From assembly GCA_963842525.1 (NCBI GenBank), contig CAWJGT010000009.1, positions 1,824,001 to 1,888,000 of the forward strand: a stretch of 64,000 nucleotides of DNA. The letters run 5' to 3'. Numbering within the stretch: the stretch's first letter is position 1; every line of letters begins with the position of its first letter. This DNA is from an uncultured Holophagales bacterium. GTDB lineage: Bacteria > Acidobacteriota > Thermoanaerobaculia > Multivoradales > UBA5704. This document shows, piece by piece, positions 39,346 to 48,508 of the stretch. Below the pieces are notes generated by a model, which saw nothing but the letters and a program-made list of their open reading frames with translations, did no database searches and was not told where the DNA came from. Made by a program: the position numbers and the translations under genes.

Positions 39346-41219
39346 TCACTGGTCTTGATTGCCGCGGAGGATGTCCTGCGCCCGGCTGCCGACCTCGGCG
39401 TCGGAGGATTGCGCCGCCTGGCGCAGGGCCTGGAAGATGCAGGATTCGTCTTCCAGCTCGCGCGTCCGGATCACGCCTTCGGGCTCGACGCCGAGGGCGA
39501 AGACGGCGAAGGCGAGAGGACCGAGCTCGGAATTGACCTGATCGCGAAGGCGCTGGCGTTCCCGATCAAAGGCCGCCCGCGCAGCGGCGCTCGCCTGATC
39601 GCGGGTGTCGATGTCGTCCGCTTTCCAGGCTTCGAGGGCGGCGAGGACGGTCAGGCAGTCCTTGGATAAGGGCGGCGGCGGCCAGCCGGGTCCGCCCACC
39701 GAGGCGGTGATGTTGTAGCTCCCGGCACGGACGGCGCGCAGAGGCTGCTGGAATTGGAAGGTGCCGTCCGGACCGACCGCGGCGTGCTCGATGGACCCCG
39801 TCAGCAGGTTGCCCTGGAGACCGGAAAAGGAGACGACCTCCGGCGCGAGGTTCTCCATGTGATAGGCGAGAGGGAAGACGTCCGGCGGCAGGCCCTGGAG
39901 GCCGGTGACCTTGGCGACCACAGCTTCGCTCTCGCCGCGGACCAGGGAGGTGCGTGCGGCTGCCAGCTCGATCCCCACGTTGGTGAAGGTGCCGCTCATC
40001 TCCGTCCCCTGCTCCCGGACTGTGATGGTCGCCGGTCCCACGAGATCGGTTGGACACTCGAAGACCGCCTGGCCCGGCGACTCGGCGAGGATGCGGACCG
40101 GCTGGCCGCCGATCTCGATCACCGTCGTGGCGGAACGGCCGTCGAAGGGCCCTTGCACGGCATTCGGCCTGCCGGTCTGCCCCAGTGTGGGCAGCTCGAA
40201 GAGGCCGGGCGGCGGCGGGTCCGGAACGATCACCGTCCGCGGAGGCGCGACGTTCACCGTCGACGCGCCAACCTTCTTGCCCTTGGGGTCGAGGAGGGTG
40301 ACCACCAGCGGCAAGCCGGAGGCAACCTTCGTCTCGAAGCGTCCGCCGGAGACCGGCTGCCGGTCGCCGCCGACCTCGACGACGTAGCCCTGGAGCGTGC
40401 CGGTGTTTTTAGCCTGCTGCGCCGGGCTCGCCCCCGCCGGAGAGGCCGAGACCGTGCCGCTCAAGGTATCCCCGGCGGCGAGGTCGGCCGGCAGGTAGAC
40501 CTGGACCTTGCCGGCGGGCGTGTCGAATGTGCGGGTGTCCAACACTTCACCGTGGAGCACACCGATTGCCTTGACCGGCTTCTTCTCCTTCTTGGCGGCG
40601 TTCCGCGAGGAGCGGGCTGGGGTTGCGGCTTGTCCGGCTCAGCTTTCTGCCAACGGCCTTTGTCCAGGTAGTCCTTGTTCTCCCCGGCAGTGACGGCGTC
40701 GATCGGACCATGCACCGTGGCGCCCAGGACATCGGCCAGCTCCTTGAGCTTGGCGGCGCCCGTTTCTCCTGCGCCGACGTTGCATCCAAGCAGGTACACA
40801 TTGGCTCCCTTGCAGAGCTTGGGCTTGAGCTTCTTCAGCAGATCCTCCCAGTCGGCGCGGTTGCCATTGATGTATTGACACTTGACGGACTTGGTGCCGC
40901 TCCCGAGGCTGATGTCTCCCGGTGCACCGTGGCCGTACAGATAGAGGTTCTGCAAGCACTTGCCGTCCCCAACTGCGCCCAGGACCTTGTCGACCATATC
41001 CTGCTTGCTTTTGCAGCGCAGCGGTTTCAGGCCCCGTTTTTCGAGCTCGGCAACATCGTGGGCCGCGGCGCCGTCGGCGTCCGCCGGCGGATCCTCGACC
41101 ACGTGAACGTCCACCGGAGTCTGGGCAGCGAGACGGAAGGGCGGCGCACCAGGTGCAACCCAGAGCAGGATGGCAATCAGGGCTGGCAGGGCGCGGAAAG
41201 GTGGGCGGCGGCAGGGCAT
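39346..41219 (-). CDS. Secreted multidomain protein with an N-terminal DUF4347-like domain; frameshift near 40605
   Basis: Signal peptide, LYLYGHGAPG and VYLLGCNVG motifs; continues KKEKKPVKAIGVLHGEVLD in the 39346 frame. Confidence 0.68.
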
Positions 41220-41222
41220 GGC

Positions 41223-41636
41223 TCATTGAGCGAGGGTGGCGAACAGCGTCTGTCCTTCAGGGCTCACGGGATATGAACGCTCGCGCCGGCCACGATGGGA
41301 AAAGGACTGCCAGGCAAGATAGACCTCGTAGGCCTGGACTTCGCCCGCGCGGGATTTGAGATAGACGAATGCGTTGATCTTCGACTTCAGCAGCTTGCCG
41401 TTTCTGGGATCGGCAAAGGCGATGCTCGACAAGAGCCGCCCGATCGTCTCGGGATCGGTGACGTTGAAGCGGATCTCGGATGCGGGGAGGTCCCCCTGGA
41501 ACGACTCTGTCGAGCGATAGATGGCGACGGCGACGATGTCGGAGGGCCCTTCCGCGCGCAAATTTTCGGTGAAGAGGGCCAGGGCGGCCCCGAGGGAGAC
41601 GGCGAGCCCACAGACCAGAACGGTATTCCGGAGCAT
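41223..41636 (-). CDS. Secreted hypothetical protein
   Basis: AAGGAGG SD, signal peptide, stop 3 bp before the next start. Confidence 0.7.
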   Translation of the reverse strand: MLRNTVLVCGLAVSLGAALALFTENLRAEGPSDIVAVAIYRSTESFQGDLPASEIRFNVTDPETIGRLLSSIAFADPRNGKLLKSKINAFVYLKSRAGEVQAYEVYLAWQSFSHRGRRERSYPVSPEGQTLFATLAQ

Positions 41637-41747
41637 GCGCCCCCGAACCTCCTTGGAGGAGTGGTCGTGACTTCTCTGAATTGAGTGTCCCACGACGGCG
41701 CCCGGCTGTCAAGGCGCAGGGCTCGGCTGTTCGGCTAGAGTAGAGGC

Positions 41748-42344
41748 ATGGAGCGGTACCTGGTCAACGAGATCTTCTACAGCCTGCAGGGCGAAGGCGT
41801 CCGCGCCGGGACGCCCAACTTCTTTCTCCGCCTGTCGCGCTGCAATCTGGCCTGCAAGGTGGAGACGCACGGGTTCGACTGCGACACGGAGTTCGAGTCC
41901 GGCCGGTGGATGACGATCGATGAGGTTCTGACCGAGCTGCGCCAGCTCTCGGAGGCCTGCGGCTGGGTGATCCTGACCGGCGGCGAGCCGGCTCTCCAGG
42001 TGGACCGCGAGCTGATCGACCGGCTGCATGCGGCCGGCTACAAGCTGGCCATCGAGACGAACGGCTCGGTCGAGCTGCCGGAGGGGATCGACTGGATTAC
42101 GGTCAGTCCCAAGGTCGCCGAGCACGCCATCCGCCAGCGCTCGGCCCACGAGGTCAAGTACGTCCGCGGCCACGGCCAGGCGATCCCGCGGACCGTGGTC
42201 CAGGCCGAGCACTACCTCGTCTCGCCCGCCTTCGAAGGCGACCGGGTCGATCCCCGCGCCCTTGACTGGTGCATCCGCCTCTGCAAGGAGAACCCGCCGT
42301 GGCGGCTCTCCGTGCAGCAGCACAAGCTCTGGAAGGTGCGATAA
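41748..42344 (+). CDS. queE: 7-carboxy-7-deazaguanine synthase (radical SAM)
   Basis: EIFYSLQGEG, CNL..CDT, ILTGGEP, IETNG, WITVSPK, WRLSVQQHK. Confidence 0.92.
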   Translation: MERYLVNEIFYSLQGEGVRAGTPNFFLRLSRCNLACKVETHGFDCDTEFESGRWMTIDEVLTELRQLSEACGWVILTGGEPALQVDRELIDRLHAAGYKLAIETNGSVELPEGIDWITVSPKVAEHAIRQRSAHEVKYVRGHGQAIPRTVVQAEHYLVSPAFEGDRVDPRALDWCIRLCKENPPWRLSVQQHKLWKVR

Positions 42345-42349
42345 GAAGG

Positions 42350-42383
42350 TCCCGCACAGGGGGCGCGCGCCTCCTGTGCGGGA
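42350..42383. terminator. Hairpin between convergent genes
   Basis: TCCCGCACAGG..CCTGTGCGGGA. Confidence 0.6.
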
Positions 42384-42395
42384 TCCGATCCTGCC

Positions 42396-43223
42396 TCAGG
42401 CTTCGAACGACCAGAAGCCGTTCGGACCCGCCTTCAGCGTCTCCTCCAGGGACACCTCGTGCTCGATGACCTGCTCGTCGCCGCCTTCGACCTTGAGGCC
42501 CAGGGCCGCGACAGCCTTCTCCAGGGAGCCGTGCTCGCGCAGGGCCTTGTCGAGCCGGGCCTGGAGGTCCTGCTCACCTCCTTTGCGGGTGGTCTCGGCC
42601 GTGACGAAGCCCAGCGGCCGATCAGGCGGATCGATGATCAACCGGGGCCGCCGGAGCTCCACCTTCGGGAAGCGGGCGATGATCTCGCTGTAGGCGTTGC
42701 CGCCGCCAAAGAAGTAGATGAAGATCCTCCCGTTCATCGTGAACGAGTACTGCTGGCCCGCGGACAGGTCGTCGCCGATGGTCAGCTCATAGTGCTGCGG
42801 AGCGTTGGCGGGGATGCGGGACAACGGCGGAGTGGGCACCAGGCCGCCGGCCTGGCTTCGGACCTCGAGATAGGCGTAGGCCGCGCCGGTGCCGGAGTTG
42901 ACAGTGACCGGACCGGCGTCGATGAAAGCCTTGAATTCGTGGTATCCGTCGCGCGCGGCGGTGAAGCGGTAGGTGAAGCCGAGGCGGTATTCTCCGCCAT
43001 AGAGGACGCCGTTGGACGGGGTGGGCTTGGTGCCGAGCTGCATGACGATCTCGCCGCGGGTCGGATTCCAGCCCTTGGCATACCAGAACACGTCGGTCCG
43101 CGGGAGCGCGCGGTACTCGGACCATGCGGGAGCCTGGAAAGGCGGCTGGAGCGTGACCGGAATGGGGATCGCCGTGGTGGCGTCAGCGGTTGCGTTGGCG
43201 GGTTGAGCGGTCTGCGTTGCCAT
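42396..43223 (-). CDS. Hypothetical protein
   Basis: AAGGAGG SD, GC3-biased codons, beta-rich aromatic composition; no family recognised. Confidence 0.72.
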   Translation of the reverse strand: MATQTAQPANATADATTAIPIPVTLQPPFQAPAWSEYRALPRTDVFWYAKGWNPTRGEIVMQLGTKPTPSNGVLYGGEYRLGFTYRFTAARDGYHEFKAFIDAGPVTVNSGTGAAYAYLEVRSQAGGLVPTPPLSRIPANAPQHYELTIGDDLSAGQQYSFTMNGRIFIYFFGGGNAYSEIIARFPKVELRRPRLIIDPPDRPLGFVTAETTRKGGEQDLQARLDKALREHGSLEKAVAALGLKVEGGDEQVIEHEVSLEETLKAGPNGFWSFEA

Positions 43224-43332
43224 GGATCATCCCTCCTTGGGGAAAGACCCCTGCCTGCGGGCGGGGGGGCTGGGTTCGAGGGACCCAGATCCACGAATCG
43301 GAAAAAGGTTTAGCCCGCTGGCTCAGGACGAC

Positions 43333-44079
43333 TCAGCGGACGGCGGTGTAGTCGGAGAGCATGCCTTTCTCGACACGCCGATCCACCTGGGAGAAGCCGG
43401 CGTCCGCGAGCGCCGCGAGGATGACGGACGGCTCGACGCAGCTCTCGATCGTCTCCCAGTAATAGCGCATCAGGGCCTGGGAGCTCCGGCCATGGCGGCC
43501 CAGGCGGGCGAGGAGGGGCACGAGGGTGCCGAGGTAGAGGGACAGGGCGCGGTGCGACAGCCGCGAGCGGGGCGGCGTGATCTCGAGGATCAGCAGCTTG
43601 CCTCCGGGCTTGAGCACCCGGTGGTACTCGCGGAAGGTGGCCTTCAGGTCGGCGACGTGCCGTAGCGCATAGCCCATGGTCAGCATGTCGAACCGGCCGT
43701 CGGGGAACGGCAGCGCCTCGGCGACGGCGCGCACCAGCCGCCGAACGCCGCGTCCCCGGGCCTGGCGGAGCATGCCGGTGCTGGGATCGAGGCCGAGCAC
43801 CAGGCCGTCCGGCCCGGCGATCTCCTGGGCGTGCGCGGCGAGGACGCCCGTACCGCAAGCCACGTCCAGGGCGCTCATGCCGGAGGTGAAGCCGGCCCGT
43901 TGCAGTGCCTGCCTGCGGTACCGGCTCCCGGAGCCGAAGCTCATCGCCTGGTTGATCCAGTCGTAGTCCGGGGCCGATTCGTTGAACCAGGCCAGGACCT
44001 GCCGTCGCCGCTCCTCCTCGTCGGAGTAATAGCGCGTCAGCGGTGGATGCGGGCGGAGGGGACCGGGATCTGTCGCCAT
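43333..44079 (-). CDS. Class I SAM-dependent methyltransferase (UbiE/MenG-like)
   Basis: APDYDWIN..SFG, LDVACGTG, LDPSTGML, AEALPF, RVLKPGG. Confidence 0.88.
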   Translation of the reverse strand: MATDPGPLRPHPPLTRYYSDEEERRRQVLAWFNESAPDYDWINQAMSFGSGSRYRRQALQRAGFTSGMSALDVACGTGVLAAHAQEIAGPDGLVLGLDPSTGMLRQARGRGVRRLVRAVAEALPFPDGRFDMLTMGYALRHVADLKATFREYHRVLKPGGKLLILEITPPRSRLSHRALSLYLGTLVPLLARLGRHGRSSQALMRYYWETIESCVEPSVILAALADAGFSQVDRRVEKGMLSDYTAVR

Positions 44080-44124
44080 GACCTGGCGGAAGCCTACCGC
44101 ACACGGCGCCGTTCTCCGGGATTT

Positions 44125-45423
44125 CTACTTGAAATAGCCCGCGACATCCAGCACGAAGTGCGCCGTCCCCGTCGTGGCGAGGGTACAGCGGACGCTGACC
44201 TCACCCTGGACGCCGAGGGGGAGGACCGCGTTATTCGCCCGCACCTTGCCGGCGGAGAAGTTGACCGTGCTCGTGCCCGGCATGGCGCCTCCCGTGGGAT
44301 AGAGCGCCAGGTTTCCAGTCGCGGCCGGGCTCACGACCGTGACGTTGGCCGCGACGGCGACGGCGTCCGCGGGGATGCCGCAGGTGCCGGCCACGGGGAA
44401 GCTCCGGGTGCTGCCCGCGGCGAGGGCGGGGCCGCCCTGGGGGCCGGCGGCCTGGCGGGTGTCGGCGACCCGGCAGGGAGGAAGGGTATGGAAGCTGGTG
44501 GCCTGGGAAGGCAGGGCGCTGTGGCAGAGGCCGGCTCCGGCGTCGGCGACGACTCCCTCCTCGGTCACGAACTGCCAGGTGTAGCCGCTGGGATGGAGCG
44601 TCAGCTTCAGGACGCCGAAGGCCGCTGCGTTCCGGACCTCGCTGTTGGCCCGTATCAGAGGAAAGCCGGTGTGGTTGCGGCCTCCCGTGCCGACCGTGAT
44701 CTGGCGGAGGCCCTGGGCCGGGTCGGCGGCGCCGGCGGGGTCCTGCGGGGCGAAGCGCTCGTAGACGTGGTCATGCCCGTTCAGGATGAGGTCCGCTCCG
44801 GCTGCATGGAGGTCCGTCCAGAACGCCTGGAAGGTGACGTCGTTGCCGTGCGGCCCCGAAGAGAACCGCGGATGGTGCCAATAGGCGAGGGTGCAGACGC
44901 CGGGGTGCGCCGCGAGGTCGGCCGCGAGCCACTGCTCCTGCGGCGAGCCGGGGCCGCAGCCTCCGACCGGCGCGCAGTTGGAATTGAGGGCGATGAGGTG
45001 CCAACCGCCCAGGTCGAAGCTGTAATACCCCTTCGCCGGATCGCCCGCCGCCGCGCCGAAATAGGAGAAGTAGCCGGCCGCTCCTGTGGTCCCGTAGTCG
45101 TGGTTGCCCGGGGCCGGACGGGTGACGGCCTTCAGGCGTCCCCAGGTCGGGTCGTAGGACGCCTGGTATTTCGCCAGGGCCCCGTCCTCATACTGGTTGT
45201 CTCCCAGGAGGAGGACGGCGTCCGGATCGAGAGCCAGCGCCAGATCCGAGGTGGCCTTCATGCGGCAGGCGGTGGCGGTGCCGTTCCCGCCGTTGAAGCT
45301 CGCATCGGCGGGATCGCAGGCGATGTCTCCGGCCGCGACCACGACAGGCGGGCTCTGCCCATGGGCCGCCAGGGCCGGGGCGAGGAGGAACAGGGTGCAG
45401 AGACGGAGCGCTGGACGAGTCAT
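44125..45423 (-). CDS. Secreted calcineurin-like metallophosphoesterase with a C-terminal beta domain
   Basis: AAGDI, LGDNQY, PGNHDY, YWHHP, NGHDHVYER; C-terminal PCRVADTR..NVTVV..LDVAGYF. Confidence 0.9.
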   Translation of the reverse strand: MTRPALRLCTLFLLAPALAAHGQSPPVVVAAGDIACDPADASFNGGNGTATACRMKATSDLALALDPDAVLLLGDNQYEDGALAKYQASYDPTWGRLKAVTRPAPGNHDYGTTGAAGYFSYFGAAAGDPAKGYYSFDLGGWHLIALNSNCAPVGGCGPGSPQEQWLAADLAAHPGVCTLAYWHHPRFSSGPHGNDVTFQAFWTDLHAAGADLILNGHDHVYERFAPQDPAGAADPAQGLRQITVGTGGRNHTGFPLIRANSEVRNAAAFGVLKLTLHPSGYTWQFVTEEGVVADAGAGLCHSALPSQATSFHTLPPCRVADTRQAAGPQGGPALAAGSTRSFPVAGTCGIPADAVAVAANVTVVSPAATGNLALYPTGGAMPGTSTVNFSAGKVRANNAVLPLGVQGEVSVRCTLATTGTAHFVLDVAGYFK

Positions 45424-45542
45424 GGGTTGCGATCTCCGGGCCATGGTAGAATAGATCCGTCTCAAGACCCTATCGATCCGGGAGTCGGCCTGCTCGACGG
45501 AGCCGGCCTGCTGTGGTTCCTTGTGCCGAAGGAGGAGGCTGG

Positions 45543-46442
45543 ATGAGCGGTCAGGTCTGTGCGCAGCACCCCGAGGTCCCCGCGTCGTTCCGTTGTGACG
45601 GATGCGGCAAGCTCCTCTGTGGCGACTGTATCAAGAAGGGGCACGCCCTCCTCTTCTGCTCGCAGTGCGGCGAGCGGGCGCTGCCGCTCCACGAGGGCCA
45701 GCCGGCCACGGTGCGCGAGGCGCGCCGCAAGGAGGTCGTGTCCAAGCCGTACAGCTTCAAGGAGGCGCTCTTCTATCCCTTTCGCGGCATGGGGCTCTAC
45801 CTCTACATCGCCGCGCTGGTCTCGATGGCGGTCGTCGAGATCCTGCTGCGCTTCGGCTTCGGCTGCTGGCCGATCGTCCTAGCGCTCGGTTTCTGGTCGC
45901 TGATGATCGGGATCCAGTTCTCGATCGTGCGCACCACGGCGGAGGGGGAGAACGAGCTGCCCGAATGGCCGGACTATTCGGACTTCGGCGAGCGCGTCTT
46001 TGACGTTCTGACCTACATCTACATCTTCAGCCTGCAGATCGGGCCGGCGGCAGCCTATGTGCTGCTGCAGATGGAGACCCTGCTCACCAAGGAGCCGAGC
46101 TTCGTGTTCTGGGCCGGCTTCGCGGTCTGCCTCTGGCTCGGCTTCGCGCTGGCGACCATGGCCTATGGCGCGGCCGGCCGCTTCAGCCGGGTGAGCGCCA
46201 TGCGGCTCGACCTGCACATCAAGGGATTCCTGGCCGGCGGAGCGGACGCGGTGACGGCGACGAATATGGCGTTCGCGCTCGGGATCGGCTTCCTGGTGCT
46301 GCGCGCGCTGCTGAGCCAGATCCCGTTCGTCGGCGAGGCGGCGAGCGGCATCGTGGGCGCCTATTGGTTCTTCACCAGCGCCCACCTGCCCGGCGTGCTC
46401 TTCCGGCGCCACATCTTCGAATACGAGAAGCTGTACGACTAG
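45543..46442 (+). CDS. B-box zinc-finger membrane protein (DUF4013-like TM region)
   Basis: CAQHPE..CDGCGKLLCGDC..CSQCG followed by multiple TM helices and ELPEWPD. Confidence 0.78.
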   Translation: MSGQVCAQHPEVPASFRCDGCGKLLCGDCIKKGHALLFCSQCGERALPLHEGQPATVREARRKEVVSKPYSFKEALFYPFRGMGLYLYIAALVSMAVVEILLRFGFGCWPIVLALGFWSLMIGIQFSIVRTTAEGENELPEWPDYSDFGERVFDVLTYIYIFSLQIGPAAAYVLLQMETLLTKEPSFVFWAGFAVCLWLGFALATMAYGAAGRFSRVSAMRLDLHIKGFLAGGADAVTATNMAFALGIGFLVLRALLSQIPFVGEAASGIVGAYWFFTSAHLPGVLFRRHIFEYEKLYD

Positions 46443-46551
46443 GCGGGACGCTCCGAGTAGTAACATCTGCACGGCCACTCCGGCGGCGGCCATCGACCCG
46501 TTCGGCCGCTGCATCGGGTGACCTGAGATCCAGTTCGTTCTGGATGGAGGC

Positions 46552-48000
46552 TTACGCCCTCGCCCGTCGCAAGTCGTCCAAAAACCCCTGCGCAACTTCC
46601 ACGGTGATGGTCTCCTTTTCCACAGCCTCGCAGAACAGCTTGACGGTGGCGAAGGCCTCACGGGAGACCTGCTGGGCCTTGAAGACCGGGAGGAGCTGGC
46701 GGGTCAGCTCCTGGACCTCGGCAAAACGTCCTTCCCTGAGATAGAGGACGGCCAGCTCGAAGGTGACCAGGGCGGTGTCGTAGGCGATCCGGCGCGCCAG
46801 GAACGCCTGGCGCACCTGCTCGAAGGCGGCTTCGGCCTCCTGGGCCTGCCCGCGCAGGGCCGCAATCCTCGCGCCTAACCACGTCAGCCGGACCAGGTCC
46901 AGCTCGTTGCCGAGCCGGATCGTCAGCTCGCGCACTTCCTCGATCCTCTTCTCGGCCTCGGCGTGGCGGCCGACCTGGAACAGGTAGTCCAAGAGATTGA
47001 AGCGCAGGGTGAGCCCCACCCGGGGCTCGCGCTCGTTGTCAACCCGGGGCAGGGCCCGCTCTAAAGTCTCGATCGCTTCCTCATAGCGGCCAAGCTCTTC
47101 GAGGGTCTTGGCACGAATGATGAGAATGCGTCCGGCGCGGGTGCCGGTGCGGTCGGCGGCCAGGGCCCGGTCGAGCAGGTCGAGGGCCTCGGGCAGACGG
47201 CGCTGCGCACGCCGCAGGGAAGCTTCGAGGTCGAGGACGCGGGCCTCGTCGAGCAGGCGCTCGGGATCGCCTGGGGCGCCGTCTTCCCAGAGCCGGAGGG
47301 CCTCCTGGAAGGTCTCGCCGGCCCTGGGCAGTTGACCCTGGACGCGGTGGGCATTGCCGAGGGCGATGCCCGCTTCTGCCTGGACGCGCCAGCGCCAGGT
47401 CCTGCTGCCGGGCACGAGACTGGCGACCAGGACGGCCAGTTCGGCCAGCTCCACGGCCTCGTCGGCGCTGTGGGCCGCCGCATCCACGCTGAGGCGGCCC
47501 AGCAGCTCGCTCAGCCCCCAACTGTGGAAGTCCGAGTTATCCCGCACCAGCGCCCGCCGCCGCTCCGGTGCAAGGGGCTTCAGCCGCTCCCACAGCAAGG
47601 GGGCAAGACGCCGTTCCTCCCTGGCCGGTTTGGGAAAGGCGAGGAGAGGATCCTGGGGCAGGGCTTCGAGCCGCTTCGCCAGCGAGGAGCCAATGGCCAG
47701 AGTGAGCCGCACCCCTGACCGAATTGCGCTGGTCGCTGTCGCGCCGCGGCGGGACGAGAGATCTCTGAAGGGTGCCAGGAGATCGGCGAGCGCCTCAAGG
47801 TCAGGGATCGTCACGTCCAGGGCGCCGGCGATCCGTTGCAGGGTCGCGGGCTGCGGGGTGACCAGGCCCTGCTCGTAGGCCAGCACCATGTGCGGCTTCA
47901 GCCGGGCGGCCCGGGCCACGTCCTCCGGGCTCCGCCCTCGCAACGCCCGGAACGCGGCCAGCGCCGCGTTGAGACCGGGCCTGTTACGGAAGGTTGTCAT
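46552..48000 (-). CDS. XRE HTH + TPR regulator (paralog 1)
   Basis: FRALRGRSPEDVARAARL..AYEQGLVTP HTH; TPR helices LGNAHRVQG, LRRAQRRLPEALDLL, LEELGRYEEA. Confidence 0.85.
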   Translation of the reverse strand: MTTFRNRPGLNAALAAFRALRGRSPEDVARAARLKPHMVLAYEQGLVTPQPATLQRIAGALDVTIPDLEALADLLAPFRDLSSRRGATATSAIRSGVRLTLAIGSSLAKRLEALPQDPLLAFPKPAREERRLAPLLWERLKPLAPERRRALVRDNSDFHSWGLSELLGRLSVDAAAHSADEAVELAELAVLVASLVPGSRTWRWRVQAEAGIALGNAHRVQGQLPRAGETFQEALRLWEDGAPGDPERLLDEARVLDLEASLRRAQRRLPEALDLLDRALAADRTGTRAGRILIIRAKTLEELGRYEEAIETLERALPRVDNEREPRVGLTLRFNLLDYLFQVGRHAEAEKRIEEVRELTIRLGNELDLVRLTWLGARIAALRGQAQEAEAAFEQVRQAFLARRIAYDTALVTFELAVLYLREGRFAEVQELTRQLLPVFKAQQVSREAFATVKLFCEAVEKETITVEVAQGFLDDLRRARA

Positions 48001-48132
48001 CGGCTCTCCTCTCTATAGATTCTACAGCGGCGAAAATCAGGGTTGTCCCGGCTTCCAGGAGCCGGAACGCACCATACTTTTCGGAACGCCGCCATCGCGG
48101 CCGATGGCTGGCGGTCCTGAAAGGAGCTGCAC

Positions 48133-48444
48133 ATGACCTCTTCCTCGTTCCGTCGCAAGATCTTCATCTTCCTGCTTGCCGGAGTCCTGGCCGCCTCATG
48201 GGGCTTGGCCGAGGAGCCGCGGAACCTGCCTGGGCCAGACCGCGCAGGGACCTTCGCCTGGGCTCCCCTCGACCTCCTCTCCCGTTTCTGGAGCGCCCTT
48301 ACCGCCCTCTGGGGCGAGAGCGGGTGCACCCTCGACCCGAGCGGCGCCTGCATCACCAGCCCGGGCGACGGCACCAGCTCCGGCACGGCGGGCGACGAGG
48401 GCTGCACCCTCGACCCTAATGGTCGGTGCCTGGGCGGGAGCTAG
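48133..48444 (+). CDS. Small secreted peptide precursor with two GCTLDPxGxC repeats
   Basis: AAAGGAG SD, Sec signal ending SWGLA, repeats ESGCTLDPSGAC and DEGCTLDPNGRC. Confidence 0.8.
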   Translation: MTSSSFRRKIFIFLLAGVLAASWGLAEEPRNLPGPDRAGTFAWAPLDLLSRFWSALTALWGESGCTLDPSGACITSPGDGTSSGTAGDEGCTLDPNGRCLGGS

Positions 48445-48445
48445 A

Positions 48446-48506
48446 GCCCCTCACCGCCTTGACCCCCTCTCCCAACCACCCTCCCGATCCGCCGGGAGAG
48501 GGGGAA
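48446..48506. repeat. REP-like palindrome, family A (half element), between convergent stops
   Basis: CCCCTCACC..CCCCCTCTCCC..GGGAGAGGGGG. Confidence 0.7.
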
Positions 48507-48508
48507 GC

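Noticed and set aside
41748-42344. 7-deazaguanine DNA-modification (dpd) defence island
   Set aside because: No dpdA/tgt-like or other dpd genes nearby; most likely queuosine pathway
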